DNA from: a virus
Lineage: Duplodnaviria; Caudoviricetes
Length of the DNA stretch: 56,087 nucleotides
Virus record (IMG/VR): IMGVR_UViG_3300022074_000048
Location: 1 to 56,087 of that record
Direction: 5' to 3' (one strand)
The position numbers were made by a program, and so were the translations under genes. Shown here piece after piece: positions 18,180 to 26,540 of this stretch. A model generated the notes under the pieces. That model was not told the DNA's origin, ran no database searches, and saw only the letters and a program-made list of their open reading frames with translations. Positions within the stretch are counted from its first letter, which is position 1. Each line of letters begins with the position of its first letter.

Positions 18180-19059
18180 CTACGAAATCTTTACCAACTC
18201 TAGCTCTATTGCGACCACTACGACGTTCTATCGCCGCTTGTTGCTGTCGAGCAACTTCGAGTTCATATGCGTCTTTATATTTTTGAAATTCTTCTGGATC
18301 CATTTGATAAAAAACGCTAGGATCTATACCGTAAGCCTTACCAATTTCTTCTTGAGGATCAAGACCCGTTTGGTTCGCTCCTGCAATAAGATCCAAGGGT
18401 AAAGCTGCAAGACCAAAACCTCTAGCAATAGAAGGCAATATTTTAGCTGCGCCTTCTTTAGCCGCCAGCGCACCAGCTATACCAACGTTTCCACGCTTAA
18501 ACGTTTCACCAATATCTATAGAACCCTTTTTATCAAAAACTCCTTCTGCCATCGTAGTCTTTAACATAAAATCAAATCTATCAGAGGGCATTTTCCCAGA
18601 AACAACTTGATCTCTCGCTTCTGTCACAAAATCATCTACCCTATTTAAAAAACGATAATATACATCTTCCGCTTCAGCTCTTGGTACTCCTTTTTCTAAA
18701 TTAAGGTTTAACATTGTTTTACCGTGATCATATTGAGCGTTCCGGAACGCATCAACAATTTCTAACGGCGTTACATCCATCGTTCTAGTAACAGCCCCGC
18801 CCATAATTGACGGTGCTCGATCAAAAGGATAACGAGCCGCTTTATCCGGTGTATAACCGTACCACCGACCAGCGGCCTCATCCGTCCCTAACGTTTGTCC
18901 TAATGATTTAATTAAATTTTCACCACGGTATGCCCTTATTTGAGCATTAGGATCAACAGGCTTTGAATCAAGGTCAGAAAATATATCTGCCGTTTTCCCG
19001 CCACTTTCCATTAATGTAGCAAGACCCTGCGTTCTCTGCGTCGGAGTTAAATCAGCCAC
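18169..19059 (-). CDS. Hypothetical protein (possible internal virion protein)
   Basis: 296 aa, coupled to terL; AYRGE and GRWY motifs. Confidence 0.6.
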   Translation of the reverse strand: MADLTPTQRTQGLATLMESGGKTADIFSDLDSKPVDPNAQIRAYRGENLIKSLGQTLGTDEAAGRWYGYTPDKAARYPFDRAPSIMGGAVTRTMDVTPLEIVDAFRNAQYDHGKTMLNLNLEKGVPRAEAEDVYYRFLNRVDDFVTEARDQVVSGKMPSDRFDFMLKTTMAEGVFDKKGSIDIGETFKRGNVGIAGALAAKEGAAKILPSIARGFGLAALPLDLIAGANQTGLDPQEEIGKAYGIDPSVFYQMDPEEFQKYKDAYELEVARQQQAAIERRSGRNRARVGKDFVDAN

Positions 19060-20866
19060 GACCGAAAAATTTTCCTAACCCAAAGGCTTTATCATTAAAA
19101 GGAATCGTATAAATCCCTTTCATACTTTTATTCTTTGGATCTATAGAAAATTGAAACCCGCGATTAGGCTGGTTTTGATTTGTCGGTACTCCACCAATAC
19201 CGTAATTTGGCGGTATATACTGACTTCCTAAAAATTTAGTAGGATCAAAAGTAAAATCACCACTTAACCCTGCGAATTGTTCCTGACCAAAAGGATTAAC
19301 CGTAGAAACCTGATCGCCAGTAGAATCATCAATTACTTCATCATTAGGTTGTATAACAGGAGCTAAAATAGGATCGCTATCACCCGACTGATTATTTAAA
19401 TTAGAAGACGGCGAACTACCACCCCCACTAAATATTTGTTCAAAAATCGAAGGCCGAGACATATCTTCTTGAAGTTGCCCCTGCTCACCGTATCGTTTAT
19501 TAAGCGCATCAACTGCAGGATTACCAGAACTTAAAATACCCTGATTAATTATATTGGACGCGGTTTGAGAAACCTTATCCAAGGCCCGTGTTCCTATACC
19601 CGCCGTCCCGATATTTAAAGCCTGACCTAAAATTCCTGGACCTTCTTCAGCTCTAAATACCTGACCGTCTGGTCCTACTTGACCCTCGATCCCTAACTCT
19701 TTATCCAGATCTGTTGCCGCACTAAGAATACCTAAAGGTAATCCTAACGGAGTTGCTGTTAACGCTCCTCGCGCAAGCATTTCCCCAGTACCAATATCCC
19801 TTGGCCTAGAACCAACGGTTCCAAATTGAGTTATATCACCCTCACCCAACCCAGAACGTATTGTATTAGGCCCACGGTTATAATCCTCGCCTAACCGCGC
19901 TGCACGTTCACTTTCGGTTTCAATCTTAAACGGTTGGTCTACACCCTGAATCCTTTGTTGCCGTTCGTATTCTAATTTTTCCTCAGGGCTAAGATTATAA
20001 TTACCCATATACGTTAATGTTTTTCCTTCGCCAAAAGGATCCATATATTTATCGTACGCATTTTGACGTAAAAAATCTATTTGAGGCTGTGCTAAATTAC
20101 CACGCTTATCAACAGTTAACCCTAACTGATCTGCGACAGTCTGTATCCCCCGACCAAACGCCGTAGAATTACTACTCGAACCATACGGATCTATATCCGT
20201 AATTCCTACAAGTTTTTCATATTCCGATTGCGTTAACGGCGCATTTGAAACTGCCGCCGGATCACTTACCGATACCTCATCGTCTACCGCAAGATTTCCT
20301 ATATAATTTCCCCGCTCATCGAATTGCGGGGTAAAATTTAACCCCGTATCCCCAGCTCGTACTCTATCAGAAAGAAAATCACCAAACGAAGTCGGAGCTG
20401 TTGTTGCATCCTCTACTGTTTGAATAGTCGGAGCAACATCAGTTAAATTATTTAAATTACTAACATTAGCATATTGACCGCGAAGCGATTGTTCTCTAGC
20501 AAAAGCTAATTGATCTTGACGAGCTTGCTCCGCTGCTGCTGCTGCTGCCTGCTGACGAGCTTGCTCCGCCGCCGCTGCTTGACGAGCCGCCGCTTGTTGG
20601 GCTTGTTGGGCTTGTTGGGCGGCTATTGCTCGTTGAACAGCTTGAGCCCGATCCGAACCACCGCCCCGATTTAATTCGTTTTGCGCTTGCTGTGGAGTTT
20701 TACCCGCAAATTCATACGACCCAAATTGAGCCTGTGACCGTCCTGGAGACATACGGTTATCACTGGGACGATCATTATTATTTGAGCGACCCCCGCCACC
20801 GCTACTAACCCCCGAAGGATCGTTAGCCCTACCTGCCTCATTCTCACCAGCAAAACCTCTAGGCAT
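19052..20866 (-). CDS. Large low-complexity protein (possible internal virion protein)
   Basis: GGAGA RBS favours ATG 20866; Gly/Asn-rich N-terminus, Q/A helical repeat, Gly-rich hydrophobic segments. Confidence 0.65.
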   Translation of the reverse strand: MPRGFAGENEAGRANDPSGVSSGGGGRSNNNDRPSDNRMSPGRSQAQFGSYEFAGKTPQQAQNELNRGGGSDRAQAVQRAIAAQQAQQAQQAAARQAAAAEQARQQAAAAAAEQARQDQLAFAREQSLRGQYANVSNLNNLTDVAPTIQTVEDATTAPTSFGDFLSDRVRAGDTGLNFTPQFDERGNYIGNLAVDDEVSVSDPAAVSNAPLTQSEYEKLVGITDIDPYGSSSNSTAFGRGIQTVADQLGLTVDKRGNLAQPQIDFLRQNAYDKYMDPFGEGKTLTYMGNYNLSPEEKLEYERQQRIQGVDQPFKIETESERAARLGEDYNRGPNTIRSGLGEGDITQFGTVGSRPRDIGTGEMLARGALTATPLGLPLGILSAATDLDKELGIEGQVGPDGQVFRAEEGPGILGQALNIGTAGIGTRALDKVSQTASNIINQGILSSGNPAVDALNKRYGEQGQLQEDMSRPSIFEQIFSGGGSSPSSNLNNQSGDSDPILAPVIQPNDEVIDDSTGDQVSTVNPFGQEQFAGLSGDFTFDPTKFLGSQYIPPNYGIGGVPTNQNQPNRGFQFSIDPKNKSMKGIYTIPFNDKAFGLGKFFGRG

Positions 20867-21108
20867 ATTTTTCTCCACGAAAATATATGCGCAAAAAGAT
20901 ACACCAAATTTGTACCTCTGACAAGGGATCTTGGACCATTTAGTAAAGTATGAATAGTTTATTGGAAATTTTTTGTAAAATTTTTTGCCGTGTCTCGAGG
21001 CTGTTATAACACGATGTTGCTTATATAGGAGTCCCGCGCCGATTTAGGGGTGGTGGGGGTCGTGGGCGTCCCAGCCAGATCAGCACCCAGCTGGGACTCA
21101 AAGCAGTG

Positions 21109-21273
21109 TCAGTCAGTCCTAGATAGACCAGCAACGCCCCATACAGCGGACATACAACCGATAGTGAACAAGCTGCATACAAACACCGTGTGCAGATCAG
21201 CCATAAGCTGAAAAGCCAAGAAAGCAAGGACAGAGCCAGCCGACATTACAATTCCAAAAGCAAGTTTAATCAT
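21109..21273 (-). CDS. Small membrane protein (2 TM)
   Basis: GGAGG RBS before ATG 21273; two hydrophobic helices. Confidence 0.55.
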   Translation of the reverse strand: MIKLAFGIVMSAGSVLAFLAFQLMADLHTVFVCSLFTIGCMSAVWGVAGLSRTD

Positions 21274-21285
21274 TTCAAATCCTCC

Positions 21286-21313
21286 AAAAAGGACGGGGAC
21301 CGAAGTCCCCGTC
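21286..21313 (-). terminator. Intrinsic terminator
   Basis: GACGGGGAC-UUCG-GUCCCCGUC then CUUUUU. Confidence 0.85.
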
Positions 21314-21317
21314 AAGA

Positions 21318-21668
21318 TTAGCCAGCAATCAGCATGTCAGCGTCAATCAGCTTCTTGCGGTAAAAGGTCAAGATACGCTCGGGTGTCTGAGTAGTCGACA
21401 GCGAGCTTTCTTTCGAGGCCAACGCATCCAGCAGCTCGCGAGTAGTCGCCGCACCACCAAGTTTATCCAGCTCGAACAAAATCGCCTGTGCTTGCGCGGG
21501 CATAGGATTAGCAGCCAGCAACTCAGCCGCATTTTCAGCAAGACGCAGCTTTACGTTATTGCGTCCTTTAGCAGACGGTGCAGGGATACCGCAACGCGCA
21601 ACTGACTTTGGGTTAACAGTAGGTGTTACAGTCGCACCATTCGAAGTAGGCTTGGAAATTTTAGTCAT
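21318..21668 (-). CDS. Winged-helix-like protein, paralogue 1
   Basis: AGAAAGGA RBS before ATG 21668; P.QA..IL..L..LGG.AT...QTP.RI.TFYRK.L shared with 21992..22402. Confidence 0.75.
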   Translation of the reverse strand: MTKISKPTSNGATVTPTVNPKSVARCGIPAPSAKGRNNVKLRLAENAAELLAANPMPAQAQAILFELDKLGGAATTRELLDALASKESSLSTTQTPERILTFYRKKLIDADMLIAG

Positions 21669-21718
21669 AACTTTCGTCCTTTCTAAATGAGAGAGCCAAC
21701 CCCTCTCGACAAGAATGA

Positions 21719-21747
21719 TCATATGAGATGTTCTTACTATAGTAAAG
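21719..21747 (-). promoter_or_regulatory. Sigma70-type promoter
   Basis: Minus strand TTTACT-N17-TATGAT upstream of 21668. Confidence 0.55.
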
Positions 21748-21812
21748 CATTAATTTACTATTTTATGATCTTTTTTACATGCTGCTCGGTAAACCACAAT
21801 CAGGTTAACAGC

Positions 21813-21848
21813 GTCAGTCAGTCAAACAAACAGTGAATCAATCAATCA
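21813..21848. repeat. Tetranucleotide-type (TCAG/TCAA/ACAA)n tract
   Basis: GTCAGTCAGTCAAACAAACAG...AATCAATCAATCA; related tracts at 21108, 21923 and 22533-22599. Confidence 0.8.
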
Positions 21849-21952
21849 TTACCCTCAGCGCATTCGCACTTATATCAAATGCGCTGCGACATAGGCAGCT
21901 TTCAGATGATGATGAAGGGTACTCAGTCAGTCACTCAATCAATCCGCGCAAC

Positions 21953-21985
21953 AAAATGAAGGGCGGTCAGAGAACCGACCGCCCT
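21953..21985 (-). terminator. Intrinsic terminator
   Basis: AGGGCGGTC/GACCGCCCT stem followed by UCAUUUU on the minus strand. Confidence 0.75.
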
Positions 21986-21991
21986 GTCAAA

Positions 21992-22402
21992 TTAGGCGTA
22001 GGTGATGAATCCATCTTCCATCAAATCTTTGCGATAGAATGTGTAGATCCGCTTCGGAGTTTGAACAGTCGCGAGACCGTTCTCGATCAGACCGTCAACG
22101 ATCTGCTGCTGAGTGGCAGTGCCGCCCAAAGCCTCGAGCGTGTCGAGAATGATCCCCGCCTGTTTTGGCAGCTTGCGGTTTTCGATAGTCTTGGTCAGAA
22201 GCTTGACCTTACGACCGTCGAAACCCTTGGGAGCTGGAGCAGGAATACCAGAGTTACCAGCTGGATCGACAACCTTCAATGCTGCTTTCGCAGCACCACG
22301 AGCACCCATGCTAGGTGCGAGCAGAGAGATAGGATCGGTCTTCTTGGTGACGGTCTTCTTAGCCTTTGTGGAAGTGGCCTTCTTCTGTGTTGCTGCAGTC
22401 AT
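21992..22402 (-). CDS. Winged-helix-like protein with Lys/Ala/Thr-rich tail, paralogue 2
   Basis: CAGGAG RBS; KKATSTKAKKTVTKK tail; GIPAP.. linker shared with paralogue 1. Confidence 0.8.
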   Translation of the reverse strand: MTAATQKKATSTKAKKTVTKKTDPISLLAPSMGARGAAKAALKVVDPAGNSGIPAPAPKGFDGRKVKLLTKTIENRKLPKQAGIILDTLEALGGTATQQQIVDGLIENGLATVQTPKRIYTFYRKDLMEDGFITYA

Positions 22403-22462
22403 ATCATTTCTCCTGTATTAGACTGTTGCGCTGGCCGAGCACCTCGCCCTAACCATGCTCTT

Positions 22463-22491
22463 AATATAGTATAGTAAAGCATCGAAGTAAA
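22463..22491 (-). promoter_or_regulatory. Sigma70-type promoter
   Basis: Minus strand TTTACT-N17-TATATT. Confidence 0.55.
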
Positions 22492-22532
22492 GTACAAAAT
22501 AGATCAAAATTATCAGCCCCAAGAACAGGGCG

Positions 22533-22599
22533 AGTCAATCAATCAGTCAGTCGGTCAATCAACAAACAGCTCGCGTATCGAGTGAGTCAGTCAAACAAA
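22533..22599. repeat. Tetranucleotide-type (TCAG/TCAA)n tract
   Basis: AGTCAATCAATCAGTCAGTCGGTCAATCAACAAACAG; AGTCAGTCAAACAAA (22585-22599) is identical to 21816-21830. Confidence 0.8.
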
Positions 22600-22975
22600 G
22601 CTGATTCAAAACCATGGGCCAATCAACGGGGGCAATCGTTCGGAATGCAGTAGATGATGAAACACCATGGTCCAATAGTCGAAGTGCATCAACCCCGCGA
22701 TGGAGCGTCAAGGCATTGTGTTTTGAATGGGCTACCATGATCCATGAACGGCCTCCCGCTGCTGCTCGGCGCATATGCCATGAACATTGAAAAGGAGTCA
22801 GTGAAACAGTGTCAGTTGTAGTACACTTGAGTTCGACCCAAAACTCATGGCCGCCCCAACAACCATTAACATCAGGAACCCCCTGCTGTAGTGCTCCCGT
22901 CTCGATCCTCTGCCAATGAACCTTGGGCAAATTGTTCTTCAACGCTTGGTATAACTTCTTCTCTGTACGATACAT
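22559..22975 (-). CDS. PD-(D/E)XK nuclease, Holliday-junction resolvase/VRR-NUC-like
   Basis: RIE...GVPDV...FWVELK...Q..W. Confidence 0.85.
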   Translation of the reverse strand: MYRTEKKLYQALKNNLPKVHWQRIETGALQQGVPDVNGCWGGHEFWVELKCTTTDTVSLTPFQCSWHMRRAAAGGRSWIMVAHSKHNALTLHRGVDALRLLDHGVSSSTAFRTIAPVDWPMVLNQLCLTDSLDTRAVC

Positions 22976-23525
22976 CTTCCACCACTTGCATGTTGCTGCC
23001 GTTCAAAAGATCAAGTAACTTTGACTGTAGCTCTTCATCCGACATCGTCTCGACCTTGTTGACTGTTACTTCCTTCTTCTCGATATACAGACCCGCGACC
23101 TTGCCCCTCGAGACCTCAGCAGAGATAGCCGAGGAAATCTGACCAGTATCCACTGCTTCGTCGCGTAGTCTGGAAAGTTCAGTAAGATGCGATTCCACCG
23201 AGACATTCTGACGCTCGCGCTCTTTTTGTAACAGTTCTATGATATGATTAGCGATGAGAGGATTCCTGCGAAGCAAGGCAGACCCTTGAGCTTTCGCTCC
23301 AAACTTATGTTTTGTGAACCCTGCGCGGCGAGCTGCTTCAGCCCCCGACATGCCCTGCACATACAAAGAACAGAACTTTTTATGAGACGGCGTCAGAGGG
23401 CGATGTCTCTTACCGTCGGGAGTCACCCAATATAGTCCACACTCTGAAGGCTCCAGCGGAGTGTATTCCAGAGAGTCTAACGTGGTCGGAGGGTTTTGAG
23501 GACGTGTTGGATTCATGTTTGCCAC
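22872..23525 (-). CDS. terS: Terminase small subunit
   Basis: AAGGAG RBS before GTG 23525; LT...KKFC..Y....SGAEAARRAGF HTH; AI.AE..RGK..GLY. Confidence 0.8.
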   Translation of the reverse strand: MANMNPTRPQNPPTTLDSLEYTPLEPSECGLYWVTPDGKRHRPLTPSHKKFCSLYVQGMSGAEAARRAGFTKHKFGAKAQGSALLRRNPLIANHIIELLQKERERQNVSVESHLTELSRLRDEAVDTGQISSAISAEVSRGKVAGLYIEKKEVTVNKVETMSDEELQSKLLDLLNGSNMQVVEDVSYREEVIPSVEEQFAQGSLAEDRDGSTTAGGS

Positions 23526-23725
23526 AGCAGTCTCCTTGCTTAACAAAGTAAACATACTAGCAAATCTTACCCACCGCAACACCCAAACAATGTGTATCTC
23601 CAGTGAGTTTTAGAATATTATTAGACAGATTGCTCCGCGACGGCTTATCGTTCTACTCTGTTATGATAACCTAAAACACCATTGTCATAACCAAGAATCA
23701 AGGTAAAAGAACCACTTACAAAGAT

Positions 23726-23752
23726 ATTATGACATTATGAGATTATGATGGA
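23726..23752. repeat. Three tandem ATTATGAN 8-mers (iteron-like), locus A
   Basis: ATTATGAC ATTATGAG ATTATGAT GGA; 26/27 identical to the reverse complement of 39678-39704. Confidence 0.85.
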
Positions 23753-23792
23753 GGTTTACGTGAGTCACTCACACAAACCTACGGGGAGAGCA

Positions 23793-23812
23793 TTGGGGGC
23801 CGAAGCCCCCAA
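23793..23812 (-). terminator. C(UUCG)G hairpin after 23820..24056 (no U-tract)
   Basis: TTGGGGGC-ttcg-GCCCCCAA on the minus strand. Confidence 0.55.
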
Positions 23813-23819
23813 GCAAAGA

Positions 23820-24056
23820 TTAATTAATTTCGTGTACCATACGACCGCAATGTTCCCAATCGCCGTGATCGTAGAAATACGAGAACGTATTCATATCGTC
23901 AGTAAGATCAACAGCAACTGCAAGAGTACCATGGGGCCAAGTATTAAGGGCAACGAGTGTGTGGATATAGTTTTTCATTTCAGTAAAACTAATCCAAAGG
24001 CCACCCATGAACTTACGCTCATGGGTGTTAGTGTTTTCAGCGAAGAGCGCATACAT
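23820..24056 (-). CDS. Hypothetical protein
   Basis: Coupled (TAATG) to the DUF932 gene. Confidence 0.6.
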   Translation of the reverse strand: MYALFAENTNTHERKFMGGLWISFTEMKNYIHTLVALNTWPHGTLAVAVDLTDDMNTFSYFYDHGDWEHCGRMVHEIN

Positions 24057-25072
24057 TATGCGGCCTCTGCATACTCGATAGCTTTGGCAAGAGCCTTGGC
24101 TTTGCGGTTAGCCCCTGCGCCAAACCATGCGCTGTGAAGGGCGTTACCCTCAGCTTGACCTTTACGCTGGTGGTCCTCGACAAAGGTCACACCATTAAGA
24201 GCACCCCACCAAGTACCTTTGGCTGATTTAAGTGTCGCTCCTGGAGACTGGTCGACTGCACCCATAACCATCTCGGCTGTGCGTGAGAACTTTTCTTGAA
24301 GGATGAAGTCCTCGTCTGACCGTACCTTGGCTTTTTCGATGAGCAAGTTAGGCTGGTACAACTCTGCAACGTAGTTCATGACGGTCTCGCCTGTAAACTT
24401 CTTTGAAGAGAGGAACTCAGCTTGCTCTTTAAACTCCTTCTGGCGACCCTCGGAAAGACCAAGAGCCTCCTCAGCGGCTTGCCGTACATCCATATCGAAC
24501 TCGCGGATATGAGGCATACGGAACGCTGCACCGCCATCTTTAAGAGCCACGGTAAGTGTATTATTACACACAACTCGAATAGGCGTGAACTTAACGACCA
24601 TAGCCTTACCAGAAATATGTGGCTGGTTTATGAGCAGGTAGCCTTTGACCTCGTCGCCACCTGCTAACTGGAAGTCCGCAGAGATCTTAGCAAGACCCCA
24701 GATCTCAGAACCGCTTTTAAGTGAACCAGCTGTTTCCATCTTCATATGACCAGCGTCTGTAAACTTCTTAAAGAAGTCGAAGATCTGCTCGTTTTGGATA
24801 GGAGTATAATCAGCCCCACAATGCGATAGCACTTTGTTATCGCTATCGCGGGTAAGGAAGTGGTGGTCCTCGACATACATAATATTAGACTCGTCCATAC
24901 CCTCACGATACTCAGCTTCATTGATAGTATAAGCTGGACGCTTAGAAACTGTCCAATCGAGACCAGCGGCTTGCATCATCTGCACAGGCGTAAGGTCATC
25001 TTCGACAGGAACACCGAGACCGTGCCAAGGAACTGCTCCGGCGTATGCCATAGTTTCAACTTCATGTGCCAT
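24056..25072 (-). CDS. DUF932 family phage/plasmid protein (TIGR03299-like)
   Basis: MAHEVETMAY....PWHGLG, AGLDW.V, Y.PIQN, ETAGSL, TPIRVVC.NTL, GTWWG..N. Confidence 0.9.
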   Translation of the reverse strand: MAHEVETMAYAGAVPWHGLGVPVEDDLTPVQMMQAAGLDWTVSKRPAYTINEAEYREGMDESNIMYVEDHHFLTRDSDNKVLSHCGADYTPIQNEQIFDFFKKFTDAGHMKMETAGSLKSGSEIWGLAKISADFQLAGGDEVKGYLLINQPHISGKAMVVKFTPIRVVCNNTLTVALKDGGAAFRMPHIREFDMDVRQAAEEALGLSEGRQKEFKEQAEFLSSKKFTGETVMNYVAELYQPNLLIEKAKVRSDEDFILQEKFSRTAEMVMGAVDQSPGATLKSAKGTWWGALNGVTFVEDHQRKGQAEGNALHSAWFGAGANRKAKALAKAIEYAEAA

Positions 25073-25083
25073 ATCTTTCTCCT

Positions 25084-25320
25084 TTATCTATGATGGCTAA
25101 ACTTACTTCTTACTTTATTAATATAATATACAAAACGCGTCAATAAAACGTCAAAACGCTGGTTTTTATTATCATAATTACCACCGATAACCAGACGGCA
25201 AACAGTGCATTTGAGTTCGCCTTTTTGATTTAACGGCGGTAGTTTTACAAGACAACGAGGGCATCGGTTATTATCCAATGCCCCCTGTATTCGTCCAGGA
25301 TCTCCGAAGGTTTTCATCAA
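25084..25320 (-). CDS. Small zinc-ribbon protein
   Basis: CPRC...CTVC. Confidence 0.5.
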   Translation of the reverse strand: MMKTFGDPGRIQGALDNNRCPRCLVKLPPLNQKGELKCTVCRLVIGGNYDNKNQRFDVLLTRFVYYINKVRSKFSHHR

Positions 25321-25502
25321 ATACCCAAACTTGTAAGGATGAACGACCCTACAATATATAACACGAGCAGTCCTAAAACTACAGTCAAGCCTCGACTATA
25401 CCGAACAGTCGGTTTAGCCAAAGGTGCGCGATTCCCGTTAGTTGTATCATCCATATGAAGATAGAGCAACGAACGCATTCGCGGTTTATTTTCTACTGCC
25501 AT
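25317..25502 (-). CDS. Small membrane protein
   Basis: C-terminal TM helix; overlaps both neighbours. Confidence 0.5.
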   Translation of the reverse strand: MAVENKPRMRSLLYLHMDDTTNGNRAPLAKPTVRYSRGLTVVLGLLVLYIVGSFILTSLGI

Positions 25503-25695
25503 TCATATCTCCTTTTAATTGCCTACCCATTTCTTCGAGACGGGCGGGTATTACTTCTAACGTATTACAATCAGAACAACATTGGCCTTCATTTACAGGC
25601 CATGCATTATGTCCTTTATCCCAGTACGGCTCACCGTTAGGGAGGCACTGCACGTCGATATCACCGTGACATATTGAGCATTTCATTTCTTGCAA
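25486..25695 (-). CDS. Small zinc-finger protein
   Basis: CSIC...GHNAWPV..G.CC.DCN...V.PARL. Confidence 0.65.
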   Translation of the reverse strand: MQEMKCSICHGDIDVQCLPNGEPYWDKGHNAWPVNEGQCCSDCNTLEVIPARLEEMGRQLKGDMNGSRK

Positions 25696-25861
25696 TCTCC
25701 TCTCGCTTTTTTAAGTTACAATGGATAGCCCTGTTAAAAGTGTAGGGTAAAGTCTCACTTTTGGCAAATAAAGCGTCGACCATCAAATCGATATCGACAA
25801 ACGACATGTCGCCGATAATATCAGCAACCTGCTGATAAAGTTTTTCTTTCGTCTCTTTCAT
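25661..25861 (-). CDS. Hypothetical protein
   Basis: Coupled ORF in the early operon. Confidence 0.5.
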   Translation of the reverse strand: MKETKEKLYQQVADIIGDMSFVDIDLMVDALFAKSETLPYTFNRAIHCNLKKREEIARNEMLNMSR

Positions 25862-26106
25862 TACACTCTCCTTAACTTACCGTCGACTAACTGATAAACA
25901 CCATGAAGATAGAATTTCATGCCACGCTTTTTCTTTACAACGAACTTGTCGTCAGCGGCATACTTATTAGGCCAAACTTCCATATGACGGATGATCTTCT
26001 TTTGGATAGCCGAGATAGTTTTATCCATCGCGTAGACAGTGACAATATCACCGGACAGCGGAACGATCCCATCAAGCGGATCAGATTCTTTATGCCAATA
26101 AAACAT
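25861..26106 (-). CDS. Hypothetical protein
   Basis: AAAGG RBS and an AT-rich promoter region upstream. Confidence 0.6.
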   Translation of the reverse strand: MFYWHKESDPLDGIVPLSGDIVTVYAMDKTISAIQKKIIRHMEVWPNKYAADDKFVVKKKRGMKFYLHGVYQLVDGKLRRV

Positions 26107-26189
26107 CAGCTGATACCTTTCTTCTTTCTGGTTGCTCTTACTATATTAGTATAGTAGAGAGCAAAGGCGAATAATATCTCAAAATAATG

Positions 26190-26532
26190 TAAGGTGTTCC
26201 GTAGCTTTGTCGTTGTATGATTTAAGGCAAACCCGACTTTTAATCTTCACCACTTCCGTAAACCAAACCTTCGAGGGCGAAAGCAGGTGGACAGCTACGG
26301 CCTTGTATTTCACTACTCGTTTCCTTCGGTTATCAACTGCTTCCACGGGTCTTTACAGATACCGCTTACCTTCATCACAGAACGATTGCGTTAACAAGTT
26401 TCTAAAAGGCAATCTACAACAACAGTCTCTAACTTTTACCATAGACCCAAACTATGGTGATATCCACTTTTGCTAGGACGAGGACAAACCTTGGCACCCC
26501 GCCCAGAAAGGAGTTTTTTGTTTGCCCCCTCT
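26190..26532 (-). ncRNA. Candidate structured non-coding RNA downstream of tRNA-Leu
   Basis: No minus-strand ORF of 60 aa or more; consecutive stems whose G-U pairs work on the minus strand (see findings). Confidence 0.45.
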
Positions 26533-26540
26533 AAGCTCGT

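Noticed and set aside
20515-20620. CRISPR-like or regulatory DNA repeat
   Set aside because: In-frame coding repeat for a Gln/Ala helix; no spacers
21833-22474. 213-aa plus-strand ORF
   Set aside because: Antisense to wHTH paralogue 2 and crosses its terminator and repeat tracts
26300-26385. Hammerhead ribozyme or tmRNA in the post-tRNA region
   Set aside because: The core reads GUGAUGA, not CUGAUGA, and the required stems were not found; there is no tRNA-like T-arm/CCA end for tmRNA
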